From a virus (Duplodnaviria > Caudoviricetes), in IMG/VR virus record IMGVR_UViG_3300011008_000040, positions 1-64,000 of that record: 64,000 bases of DNA; one strand, given 5' to 3'. Below are positions 55,263-64,000 of this stretch, piece by piece. Positions within the stretch are counted from its first letter, which is position 1, and each line of letters starts with the position of its first letter. The translations under genes were made by a program, and so were the position numbers. The notes below the pieces were generated by a model. The model saw nothing but the letters and a program-made list of their open reading frames with translations. It did not search any database and had not been told where the DNA came from.

Positions 55263-56102
55263 TCAGGTAATCGTCAGAAGAGTCTTGATCTCATCCGGGA
55301 ACGGGAGTCTCGGTTTGCCATCCCAAGCACTAGTTGTGGCGATCTCAGTAAAGTTATTTGCAATAGACGGAGTCGTACCAGAAACAGTAGCTGTCGTGCA
55401 AACATAATACTTAGAAGAACTCGTGCAGGTATCGCCAAGCGCATAGCTGTTACTAGAGCTGAACGCAGTGCTATCTGCACCATACAGATATGCTTCAAGA
55501 ACAGCAAGAGCGGCCTTGAGCGCAGCATCTGTAGCAGGTGTAGCACTAGCAAACTTCGTAGAATCAATAACCACTGTGGCTGTCGGCTTGAAACCAGTAA
55601 CAGCAACAGGAGTGGTCGTCAGTTCCCAAGAGAATGTAATCGCTTCCGGAGAATCATTAATGGTCTGGTATGCTTTCTCAGAAGGAGATGCTTTGCAGCC
55701 ATAAATGATATGGAGTTTGTAGCCGTAGTCTTCAGCGGCAACGTCATTACCAACAGCAGTCCGATAACAAAGACCAAATGTCTTCCTGGACTGCTGACCG
55801 ATTTCTGCACCAGTGACAAGAACAGCAGAGCCGTCGCACTGACCAAATTCATCGGGATATGTATAAGCTTCGATTGTTGCACCGAATTCTTCAGCTGAAT
55901 AGAGATTCAGATACTTAATGTCATCTGCATAAATAGGGGTTGCCTCGGCACCAGAAGGGCTTTCGGTAACAGCAGTGAGGCCATTCCAAGCTACGCCTTC
56001 AGGATAATCGCCATCATCCTCATCAAGGAGATAGAGAACGCCTTTGCGTACACCAGTTTCATACAGATGTTCACCAGTACTATCCCATACAAGTTTAGCC
56101 AT
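55263..56102 (-). CDS. Major tail protein paralog 1 with carbohydrate-binding-like insertion
   Basis: Near-identical core to 54591 gene; insert AFSSSNSYALGDTCTSSSKYYVCTTA. Confidence 0.88.
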   Translation of the reverse strand: MAKLVWDSTGEHLYETGVRKGVLYLLDEDDGDYPEGVAWNGLTAVTESPSGAEATPIYADDIKYLNLYSAEEFGATIEAYTYPDEFGQCDGSAVLVTGAEIGQQSRKTFGLCYRTAVGNDVAAEDYGYKLHIIYGCKASPSEKAYQTINDSPEAITFSWELTTTPVAVTGFKPTATVVIDSTKFASATPATDAALKAALAVLEAYLYGADSTAFSSSNSYALGDTCTSSSKYYVCTTATVSGTTPSIANNFTEIATTSAWDGKPRLPFPDEIKTLLTIT

Positions 56103-56120
56103 ATTAAAATAGCCTCCTCA

Positions 56121-56426
56121 TTAATAATAGATGGTGAAAATCCAATGATTGAGATTATCTGCCTCATAATACCGGTCCATAGTGCAATACTGAAGTTTCT
56201 CCAGTTCATCAGGAATGGTAGAATCAGGGTTCTTATCAATCACTGTGATCATATAACTTTTACGGTAATTGTAGAGGTCGTCATTGGCATACCATGGAAT
56301 ACCTCTTGCCCGCTCGTATATAATGCATGGGTATGTGAGTTTAACTGTTTCAGGAGGTTGAAAATATACACTTCTAGTACCCAGAACTGACTCCAGGAGT
56401 TTCTGCAGATTGAGCCTGCTCGCCAT
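56121..56426 (-). CDS. Tail terminator
   Basis: VYFQPPE..LTYPCIIY; start reset to MASRL. Confidence 0.7.
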   Translation of the reverse strand: MASRLNLQKLLESVLGTRSVYFQPPETVKLTYPCIIYERARGIPWYANDDLYNYRKSYMITVIDKNPDSTIPDELEKLQYCTMDRYYEADNLNHWIFTIYY

Positions 56427-56739
56427 TGTATACACCTCCAATCGACAGAATTAACCTCGGATACTGGACTTCGACACTTGAAACTTTCCACTTGGTTCCA
56501 TTCCAATTGACGTATCTAATCCATGCTATATTCTGCGTTACGTAAGGATCAGATAGAATACTAATCTCGTTGCTAATATTAATGTTATCATTAATCTTCT
56601 GAGCAGTTTCCCACTTCCGAACAGCGCGATTAACATCTCCGTAATAAGTCCGTTCAGTTACTTGATCGATCCAAATACCAGATTCGGCAGGATACTCGAC
56701 AGTCTGAACAAAACCGATCTGTCCATAAAACTTAGCCAT
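56374..56739 (-). CDS. Head closure protein
   Basis: MAKFYGQIGF, YYGDV, ISILSDPY, WKVSSVEVQYPRLIL. Confidence 0.7.
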   Translation of the reverse strand: MAKFYGQIGFVQTVEYPAESGIWIDQVTERTYYGDVNRAVRKWETAQKINDNINISNEISILSDPYVTQNIAWIRYVNWNGTKWKVSSVEVQYPRLILSIGGVYNGEQAQSAETPGVSSGY

Positions 56740-56782
56740 AACGCACCTCTACAATATTGAAGGGAGCCTACCAATTAATAGA

Positions 56783-56797
56783 CTCCCATTTTGAATT
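56783..56797 (-). promoter_or_regulatory. Late promoter-like motif L4 overlapping a hairpin
   Basis: aattcaaaatgggag; hairpin gggagcct/agactccc at 56762-56787. Confidence 0.55.
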
Positions 56798-56828
56798 TTA
56801 GTTAATTTTCTCTAACTCTTGAGCAAAA

Positions 56829-59306
56829 TTAGGAGTGAGGCTCAAGAACAAGATTTGCAAGGCTATATACCTTGCTTACAGACACGCCGCCGACTGTTGC
56901 GGTGAGCTTAATCTTCTGAGTACGCTTGTTAACAACACGGCCAACAGCATACATATCGGAAGTCATATCGACCGGAGCAGCTTCAGAATCCCCACCGAGC
57001 ATCTGAACAGTAACAGTAGCTCCATCAGTCGCAGTAACATCAAAGGCAATGTAGTAACCAGACTGCAGAGCAGGATTACCGGAGTAACCAGTGTATCCTG
57101 TTACATAATGCAGAGTGCCAGTAATATAGTCGTCGTGGAAGATGACATTCTCCTGCAGAGCAGAAACGAGCTTGCCATAACGAGTGGTCGTGCCATCAGT
57201 AGGCTCAACATTCAGGAATGCACTATAAGTCAGTTCGAGAGCAATAGCACTCTTCGGACGGATCATAGCACCAGAGCAACGGGTCTCAATGAGATACTTC
57301 TGAGCATTGAAGTCAATGTCGAAGTCATCGAACATATTGACCTGACCACCCTTATCGGCGCCAACATTATAGTCATTCAGGTTAACAATGATGCCGGCCA
57401 GTTCAAAGGTCACGCCGTCTTTCTCACGCATGAGATCTTCCATCGGAGGAACAGCAACGATCTCTTTAACACGAAGAGCAGTTGCGAGTTTGTCGATGGA
57501 ATCATAGATCACACGACCAGTGGTGTCTTCCATCAGCAGGCAATCATTGAGCATATCCTCAGTCGTGAACAGAGTCGGGTTGCCAGAACCACGGTACTCT
57601 TTGCGAGCCTTAACAGCAGACTTAATGAAAGCCTTTGCCTTAGCATCGTCGGTTGTGCTGTTGGTAACAGCGATCGTCTTTTTGATCGTGAAGAGATTAT
57701 CATCAGTCCAAATCGGGCGAATGTTGGTTTCGCTGATCTTGTCATTGGAAGCAGCGCTACGGCCATCGCCAACAAGAATTGCACGTGCGATCTCTTCATC
57801 GAGCATCATGCGCATCTCGCTCTTCAGCCATGCGACAACATCGAAATCGGTAATATCGATCTGATCGTCGCGATCAATCTTCTGCTTCTTATAGATAGTC
57901 GTCGGGGTTGTTGTACGCTTCAGAATATTGAAGACTTCCTCAACTTTTGCATTGCCCTTAACATAGCCCTTTGCGCGAGCATCGGCCTCAGTCAGGTCAG
58001 CGTTCAGGCTCTTAATACGAGAGAACGGGGTCTTGTGAACACCATTCAGAACTTTGCCAACCCATTCATCAGGATCGCGATAGAATCCCGGAGTCTGGGT
58101 AACAGCTTTTGCTTCGGGGAACAGATAATCGATATCTTCAATGCCGTGAGCAAGAACAGCCTCTTTCAGGCTTCCGCAACGACGGGCATCGCTAAAGATT
58201 TCTGCCATTTCGGAATGAGAAAGAACGGTCACATCATTCTTCTCTTCAGTTTCAAATACGTTGTGCTTCATTTCTTCTCCTTCGGGCGCCTTGCCCTCAT
58301 CATTATTAGATTTCTTTGCTTTCTTGGCTTTGGCATCTTCAATGGCCTGACCAATCAAAGCATAAACAACATTTCTCTGTTTCTCAGACAGAGTATCAAG
58401 GACATCTTTGACGGTTTCACCATCTTCTTCGTCCTCATTTTCATTATCGGCATGCTCAATTTCGGAATGCTCTACTTCTTTGCCTTCATTTTCAACATCT
58501 TCAATTGCCTGACCAATAAGAGCATAGACTACTTTCTTCTGCTTCTCGGTCAAAGTATTGAAAACGTCAGCAACAGTTTCGCCGTCATCCACTTCGGCTT
58601 CGACTTCAACAATCTCGCCAGCTTTTACAGCATGCTCAACTACTTCTTCCTGCTTGGGCTGTTTCTTTGCGTTTGCAGTCTGCTTTTTAGGTGCAGGAGC
58701 AGGTTCCGGCTCAGCTTTAACTTCTTCAACCGGTTCCTGTTTCGGCTCTTCAACAGGCTGTGCTTCAGGCTCAGGCGCAGGTGCAGGTTCTGGAGCAGGA
58801 CCAGATACTGGTACTACCGGCTTTTCATCCGGATCGATAATCGTATGCTCAAGGCAAAGCTCATCTTCACCATGATAGATAATGCCAGAATCCTCAAGAA
58901 TCTCACCATGCTCCATAACAGCATCGATAAAAGCTCCCGGATTAGCACCGGCAAGGACAAGACTCACTTCACGAATCGTGCCATGAACAACATCATTGCC
59001 ATACTGCTTCAGCTTGTTTGCGTAGATAGACAGAGAAGTTACATCGCCATGCTGTACAATCTGTTTAGCATTTACGCCTGCCGGTGTACTATTGAACGAG
59101 CAGTAAGCGTAAACACCTTCATCCCGATTCTCAAGCAAAGCATGCCCAAGAACGTTCATAGGATCGTTGTGATCGTGATTCCAGACCAGCGGAACCGTCT
59201 GTCCGTCATTGTGCTTAAATGCATCTTTACGGATCGTACGTCCATCAGAGCACTTAAGATCATTTCTGGTTGCCCAGCCGCTAAAATCATAAGTAACTCT
59301 ACTCAT
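56829..59306 (-). CDS. Prohead protease - scaffold - major capsid fusion with C-terminal Ig-like domain
   Basis: HK97-type protease (VPLVWNH, EVSLVLAGANPGA), acidic Pro-rich linker with duplicated helix, capsid (LDEEIARAILVGDG, FDIDFNAQKYLIETR). Confidence 0.88.
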   Translation of the reverse strand: MSRVTYDFSGWATRNDLKCSDGRTIRKDAFKHNDGQTVPLVWNHDHNDPMNVLGHALLENRDEGVYAYCSFNSTPAGVNAKQIVQHGDVTSLSIYANKLKQYGNDVVHGTIREVSLVLAGANPGAFIDAVMEHGEILEDSGIIYHGEDELCLEHTIIDPDEKPVVPVSGPAPEPAPAPEPEAQPVEEPKQEPVEEVKAEPEPAPAPKKQTANAKKQPKQEEVVEHAVKAGEIVEVEAEVDDGETVADVFNTLTEKQKKVVYALIGQAIEDVENEGKEVEHSEIEHADNENEDEEDGETVKDVLDTLSEKQRNVVYALIGQAIEDAKAKKAKKSNNDEGKAPEGEEMKHNVFETEEKNDVTVLSHSEMAEIFSDARRCGSLKEAVLAHGIEDIDYLFPEAKAVTQTPGFYRDPDEWVGKVLNGVHKTPFSRIKSLNADLTEADARAKGYVKGNAKVEEVFNILKRTTTPTTIYKKQKIDRDDQIDITDFDVVAWLKSEMRMMLDEEIARAILVGDGRSAASNDKISETNIRPIWTDDNLFTIKKTIAVTNSTTDDAKAKAFIKSAVKARKEYRGSGNPTLFTTEDMLNDCLLMEDTTGRVIYDSIDKLATALRVKEIVAVPPMEDLMREKDGVTFELAGIIVNLNDYNVGADKGGQVNMFDDFDIDFNAQKYLIETRCSGAMIRPKSAIALELTYSAFLNVEPTDGTTTRYGKLVSALQENVIFHDDYITGTLHYVTGYTGYSGNPALQSGYYIAFDVTATDGATVTVQMLGGDSEAAPVDMTSDMYAVGRVVNKRTQKIKLTATVGGVSVSKVYSLANLVLEPHS

Positions 59307-59440
59307 TTTGATTTTTTACCTCATAAAAAGTAATTTTATATAAACCTTAGATCATTCGACTTAATTTCAATTCTAATCACAGCTTCGGAATACGGACTTA
59401 ATCTCTTATTCCATATGCAATTCTAAATTGCCGTTCGGTC

Positions 59441-60694
59441 TCACTGGTCTGGAAAGTTTATACTATCTTCATTATCAGAATCCTGACTCCTTGTAGTAGC
59501 GAACTCTTGCCCTTGCTGTGCATTAAGATTCTTATTCCTGAGTTCATCGGCCTTCGCGTCATCAACAGGCTTCATGCCGACAACCTGCCTAATTTCATTC
59601 GAAGACATGATCTCATTCCTTGTAAACTTATCAGCAATTTCAGCAAGTTGAGCCACCGGAACAAGTCTGAACGGATCTCTGAAGAAAACAATAGACTGCC
59701 CTCTTGTACGAGCAGTCTTAGTCAGAAACTTACGTTTCATTTCATCAACAATAGCCGCCATAATCGGCTCAATTGTTCGATTGTAATAGTTGAGCATTAC
59801 CTGCTCAGTTGCGGTTCCTTCTAGAATTTCTTTAGTAATACCAAGCTGGCTATAAAGCATATTAGTCAAATATTCAATCTGATTCATCAGATTGTTATCT
59901 ACAGACCTGTTAAGCTGAGTAATATGCTCAGTATTGTCTATATACGCAATTCCATACTTTGTATTAGCCAGCTGCATTTCAATGTTTTTACGACGTTCTT
60001 CTGCCTGCAATCTTCTAGCATCAGATTTAACAACATAAGGAAGCTGAATGATGAGATCCAATTTCCCGGACCCGCTCTGTTCGTCGATAGCGTCCAAAAG
60101 ATTCAGTTTCCTTATAAGTCTCTGAAGAGTTGAGTTAGGCTCATTCATAATTGCATACAAGGGGTTCTCAACAATTGAGACCATATTTTTCAGAAGAGTT
60201 ACTTCCTCAAAATTCCCTGTTCGCTCATTGTATAACCTTACTCTAACATGATTTGGATACCACTGAACAATCTTTCCAGCCTTCATTGTTCGAATCTCAT
60301 ATGCTTCTGACAACAATGGATTGAACGTCGTATCAACAGGTACAATAGCAACGCAACCTTCATCAAACATTGACATCACAATGTCCTGCATTAATGCTCG
60401 ACCTGTCTGATCGATATTTGCTTCGACATTAAGACAATTATTTAAGCCAGATTGTATTACCTCAACAAAACGACCATTCTCATCCAACTTAACATGTTGG
60501 ACAGTAATGGCCGCACAGTCTACTGAAATTCTATTGTAAATAGCAGTTACTATCGAACGCTCGTTTCCTCTTGTTAATCGGATTCGATCAGGTCGATATG
60601 AAGAAACCATTCCAAGATCTCGATACTCATAAGGAGGATCTCGATTCATAAATGCATTCCAGGCATTTTTCAGCCTGTCAGTTAAAACTGGCAT
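59441..60694 (-). CDS. Portal protein
   Basis: LNVEANIDQTGRA, GKLDLIIQLPY, YYNRTIEPI, IMSSNEIRQ; position before capsid. Confidence 0.88.
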   Translation of the reverse strand: MPVLTDRLKNAWNAFMNRDPPYEYRDLGMVSSYRPDRIRLTRGNERSIVTAIYNRISVDCAAITVQHVKLDENGRFVEVIQSGLNNCLNVEANIDQTGRALMQDIVMSMFDEGCVAIVPVDTTFNPLLSEAYEIRTMKAGKIVQWYPNHVRVRLYNERTGNFEEVTLLKNMVSIVENPLYAIMNEPNSTLQRLIRKLNLLDAIDEQSGSGKLDLIIQLPYVVKSDARRLQAEERRKNIEMQLANTKYGIAYIDNTEHITQLNRSVDNNLMNQIEYLTNMLYSQLGITKEILEGTATEQVMLNYYNRTIEPIMAAIVDEMKRKFLTKTARTRGQSIVFFRDPFRLVPVAQLAEIADKFTRNEIMSSNEIRQVVGMKPVDDAKADELRNKNLNAQQGQEFATTRSQDSDNEDSINFPDQ

Positions 60695-60714
60695 TTGAGG
60701 AGCACCTCCTTGTT

Positions 60715-61185
60715 TTATTTATATCTGTTCGAATAATACTCCGCAAATTTCTCATAATTTAAACGATCAACGTCATTTGCCCATTCAACAGCAAACTGTT
60801 CTCCATTGATCATTTTCACCTTAAAAACAGGATCATCTGGGCTATATCTATAAATGTCTACGGAACCATCTTTATAATTTTTTGATGTATGTGCTTCCAC
60901 ATAAGCACGACCAGCATGAAGCAATTCTGCAGCTTCCTCATAATCACTTTCTTTTATCTTGGAATAGGCAGCCATTGATGCCATCTGAGCCATCTGAGCA
61001 CGACCTAATGCTGTTTTGTTAAAGTGCTTATCTAATTTATCGACCTGTTTTTTATTTTCACGAGCCTGCCTTTTCTCTTCTCTGACGCGCCCAGCAGCAG
61101 TCCGTGTGCCATCTTCATTCTGGAAACGTCTAACGCCCCAGCGCTGACCTTTAATACCATGATGCATCAATGTTTCTTCATTCAT
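60715..61185 (-). CDS. HHG-motif protein C
   Basis: MNEETLMHHGIKGQRWGVRRFQNEDGTRT..G; unique C-terminus. Confidence 0.8.
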   Translation of the reverse strand: MNEETLMHHGIKGQRWGVRRFQNEDGTRTAAGRVREEKRQARENKKQVDKLDKHFNKTALGRAQMAQMASMAAYSKIKESDYEEAAELLHAGRAYVEAHTSKNYKDGSVDIYRYSPDDPVFKVKMINGEQFAVEWANDVDRLNYEKFAEYYSNRYK

Positions 61186-61795
61186 CGTCGTCATCCTCAC
61201 TTTGTTTTCCAGAATTCATCTGGCCTATCTTTTTCTTCTTGTTAAATGCATTATACGCCTGTATAGAAGCATCGACAGTTTCTTTTCCGGCACTTGCCTC
61301 AAGCATCTTCTTAATTGCTATCGTCGCTGCACCTTCAACTACTTTCTCAACAACATTCTTTGACGCATTAGCAACACCATTAGCAACTCCTTCAGCTACT
61401 TTTCCAGGAGCCATCTTAACGCCTTTTTTAACGCCCTGCTGCGCCTCTTTAGCTATGCTCTGAACATAGTTATGACCTTTAACTGCAGTATTAGCAACGG
61501 ACTTCAATGTCTTTGACGACATCTTAGAAATCGCAGAATTAATAGCCTCAGAATTATTAGTATAAAGATACCCTGCAGCTGCAACGCTACCGGCAATCAA
61601 TGCTGCTTTCCCTACATTCTTAAGAACTGTTTTCTGAGAAGCAGTCAAACCTTTCTTGCTAGATCCAGAACTTTCACGATTCTCTTGTTCTCTAGCTTTC
61701 CCAGCAGCTGTACGAGTTCCATCCGCATTTTGAAAACGCCGAACGCCCCACTTCTGGCCCTTGATGCCATGATGCATCAATACTTCTTCATTCAT
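61178..61795 (-). CDS. HHG-motif protein B (with hydrophobic helix)
   Basis: MNEEVLMHHGIKGQKWGVRRFQNADGTRT..G; KAALIAGSVAAAGYLY. Confidence 0.8.
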   Translation of the reverse strand: MNEEVLMHHGIKGQKWGVRRFQNADGTRTAAGKAREQENRESSGSSKKGLTASQKTVLKNVGKAALIAGSVAAAGYLYTNNSEAINSAISKMSSKTLKSVANTAVKGHNYVQSIAKEAQQGVKKGVKMAPGKVAEGVANGVANASKNVVEKVVEGAATIAIKKMLEASAGKETVDASIQAYNAFNKKKKIGQMNSGKQSEDDDDE

Positions 61796-61806
61796 AACAT
61801 ACTCTC

Positions 61807-62241
61807 CTAACCAAGTCTTGATGCCACTCTTCTGAACTCATTGATCTTCGCTCTATTTTCTAAAGCATACTCATCAACTTCAAGCTCAGTTGCTGTAAAC
61901 GTGATCTTAGGATCAACAGTAGCATTGAGTCTCCACTCAAGCTCAGCAGCATTTTGCTTCATAGCATCAATAGCTGCAGAACTCTGAGGCGGATCGAAGA
62001 ACAGCTTAACTTTTAAGAAAATATAGGTTTTAATACCAGCAAGATCTGTTGCGCTTCCAACAAAGTCAGACCAAACTGCTGTCTTATCTGATATCGAAAA
62101 TGGAGTGGAAGGACCTACCCCAAGCTGATATAGGATCATGAAGACTGTGTTGATATGCATCAGAACATCAGCATCAAAGAATGTATAACTTTCATCGATT
62201 CCAAGAAGTTTCTTAATCGATGTCAAAATTGATTCTGACAT
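61807..62241 (-). CDS. Head-tail connector/adaptor
   Basis: SILTSIKKLLG, MHINTV, FLKVKLFFDPP, ELEWRL; start reset to MSESI. Confidence 0.7.
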   Translation of the reverse strand: MSESILTSIKKLLGIDESYTFFDADVLMHINTVFMILYQLGVGPSTPFSISDKTAVWSDFVGSATDLAGIKTYIFLKVKLFFDPPQSSAAIDAMKQNAAELEWRLNATVDPKITFTATELEVDEYALENRAKINEFRRVASRLG

Positions 62242-62305
62242 GTTGGAACCTCCATAAAACAAAAAGAGCCTGCCGTTAAGCAGACTCAAAAATACAAATA
62301 CTTAA

Positions 62306-62503
62306 TTATTCTGTTTTCCACAGAATTTCTTCGCAGATCTTTCCTCGTTCATTTGGTTCATAATTTTTATCTAAACCACGCAAAGTAAGTTCATCACCTA
62401 CGGCAAGCATGATATCGCAAATGTCATCATCGGAAAGATTGTCAAAATCAACTTTCAAGCCAATATCCTTTATCAACTCTTTTTGCTTTTCTGTGAAAAC
62501 CAT
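62306..62503 (-). CDS. Putative immunity protein, 65 aa, acidic
   Basis: RBS aaaggag; MVFTEKQKELIK...GLDKNYEPNERGKICEEIL directly after toxin-like gene. Confidence 0.6.
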   Translation of the reverse strand: MVFTEKQKELIKDIGLKVDFDNLSDDDICDIMLAVGDELTLRGLDKNYEPNERGKICEEILWKTE

Positions 62504-62519
62504 AGATGATTCTCCTTTC

Positions 62520-62939
62520 TTACTTTGATAGTTTTTCAGCAAGCTTAGAATGTGTTGGCCATACCGTTGTAATTACTCCATTATCTGGATTCACTGCAAC
62601 GGTTGCTTTCTTTCCTATATATTGCTGGCTTGGCTCTCCCTGATCATTATACCTAACAGGTTTTATCCTAAGTGGATTTCTAAGAGCATTTACAATACTG
62701 CCATACTCCACTTTTCTCTCAGGAAGTTTTGACTGCTTATACGCATGCTCTGAAAATCTGGTAACCTTCGTGCCATTCTTAGTAGTGATAGACCCGCCTT
62801 CAACTATCTCATAAAACCGTTTCTTGGTATAATGACCTAATTCTTCTGGCGTTCGTCTTACTCCCCATTTCTGACCTTTAATACCATGATGAACCAAAAC
62901 ATCTGAGTTGTCAACTACTTTTCTTTTAACTACTACCAT
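62520..62939 (-). CDS. HHG-motif protein A with putative BECR-fold ribonuclease toxin domain
   Basis: VLVHHGIKGQKWG; FSEHA...ALRNP...YIGKKATVAVNPDNGVITTVWPT; start reset to MVVVK. Confidence 0.65.
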   Translation of the reverse strand: MVVVKRKVVDNSDVLVHHGIKGQKWGVRRTPEELGHYTKKRFYEIVEGGSITTKNGTKVTRFSEHAYKQSKLPERKVEYGSIVNALRNPLRIKPVRYNDQGEPSQQYIGKKATVAVNPDNGVITTVWPTHSKLAEKLSK

Positions 62940-62947
62940 TTTGAATT
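62933..62947 (-). promoter_or_regulatory. Late promoter-like motif L5 (contains the ATG)
   Basis: aattcaaaATGgtag. Confidence 0.5.
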
Positions 62948-62958
62948 CCTCCGGCAAA

Positions 62959-64000
62959 TCAGTCAAACGAGTCCTTATTCAGCTTGTAAGCAACAAAGGC
63001 ATCCAGCAAAGCAGCAACATTATCAATCTTCTCGCTATGTCTCTTCTTGGATAGTTTGCGATTTCCGTTCGTATCCTGAATAGCAATAGCATTTCCCATC
63101 GCATATGTCATTAACTGCTCATCAAATACCAAAAGCCTGTCCTCTGCAAGCTTCTTCAGCTCACCAAGAGGAACAGACTCTGTCTTTGCTCCCTGTATTA
63201 CCTTTTCAATACCATAAGCACCATTCTCAGTTTCCCATCGTTCAACAAATGAACGGGCATTATACGGGTCAAACCCAAAACAACGAACGTCATACTGAGA
63301 CTGAGCAATAAATGCATCCAGATCATCGTATACTTCCATCAAATCCAAGATAGATCCTTCAAGAACTCGAAGACTCCCCTCTTTAATGAAGTCTTCATAC
63401 TTTGTTCTAGTCGCCAACTGAAGCCGGCTGAATGTCAAAGACGAAATGTAGCTTCTGGCTTTAACTCCAAATCGACCTTTACTAAGTGGAAACAAAAATG
63501 TGAATGCGCAAAAGTCATCGCCCTGAGATAAGTCGGCGCCCATAGCGCATGGCAAATTCCAAAAGTCGCATCTCGAATGAGGAAGCGTTTCTTCATAAGT
63601 AAAGAAGTACGTTGATCCTTCCATCGGGATGTTAAATCTCTTCGCTAAAATGTCATTTCGTGCAGCAGGAACCTTCTCGGCTCTTTGAACATCATTAAAG
63701 TAAGTCTCATAGCTAACGGTCTTTCCAAGATTTGGATTAGCTTTTAACCAAATCATAGGATCTGTTTTTCCTAGCTCTATCTCATCAAGGCTATCAAGCT
63801 TATAATACCAAATCGACACATGCGGATTCAGATACTCACCTTTCAAGATGTCCATAAGTTCCATCTTAATAGTGTCACCTATGCCATTTCGAACAGTTCC
63901 TTCTGAACTCGTAGCGACTATGATGTAGTCGTCAAGACCACCTTTAGCAGCACCTTGAGCAATGGCATCAATCGGACTTTCTCTGATCTCGCAAGACAAC
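62959..64000 (-). CDS. terL: Terminase large subunit, C-terminal part (truncated by window)
   Basis: IVATSSEG, KANPNLG, MGADLSQGDDF, GFDPYNA, KIDNVAALLDA. Confidence 0.92.
   Translation of the reverse strand, partial: LSCEIRESPIDAIAQGAAKGGLDDYIIVATSSEGTVRNGIGDTIKMELMDILKGEYLNPHVSIWYYKLDSLDEIELGKTDPMIWLKANPNLGKTVSYETYFNDVQRAEKVPAARNDILAKRFNIPMEGSTYFFTYEETLPHSRCDFWNLPCAMGADLSQGDDFCAFTFLFPLSKGRFGVKARSYISSLTFSRLQLATRTKYEDFIKEGSLRVLEGSILDLMEVYDDLDAFIAQSQYDVRCFGFDPYNARSFVERWETENGAYGIEKVIQGAKTESVPLGELKKLAEDRLLVFDEQLMTYAMGNAIAIQDTNGNRKLSKKRHSEKIDNVAALLDAFVAYKLNKDSFD

Noticed and set aside
54852-55898. 348-aa + strand ORF
   Set aside because: Antisense shadow of the two major tail genes
56835-59333. 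832-aa + strand ORF
   Set aside because: Exact antisense shadow of the capsid fusion gene caused by its codon bias; no RBS, motifs or plausible composition

Overview
This window is most of the genome of an AT-rich temperate siphovirus, probably infecting Bacillota/Clostridia (host inferred from the holin, endolysin and integrase families). Almost all genes are on the - strand. Read from 64000 towards 1 they are: terminase large subunit (cut by the window), a block of small proteins sharing an N-terminal 'L-x-HHGIKGQ(K/R)WG' motif (one with a probable nuclease toxin domain plus immunity gene), portal, a protease-scaffold-capsid fusion, and a tail module with three major-tail paralogs. Next come the lysis genes, a tail-fibre-like cassette beside a second tyrosine recombinase, the integrase with a candidate attP, and a promoter/terminator-delimited cassette region holding two tRNA-like RNAs with abnormal anticodon arms. 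The left half has many small accessory genes, a ~600 bp inversion that splits a ThyX-like gene, a membrane-protein cluster, a helicase-primase-PolB fusion, SSB, an SF2 helicase, a palindromic repeat array, VRR-NUC and Cas4-like nucleases, and a single-subunit DFDGD RNA polymerase next to a non-coding left end. Two phage-specific promoter-like motifs (28 bp, 8 copies; 15 bp, 5 copies) and a strand-polarised AAATAT(A/C)A octamer are visible by eye. All family assignments come from motif recognition, not from database searches.
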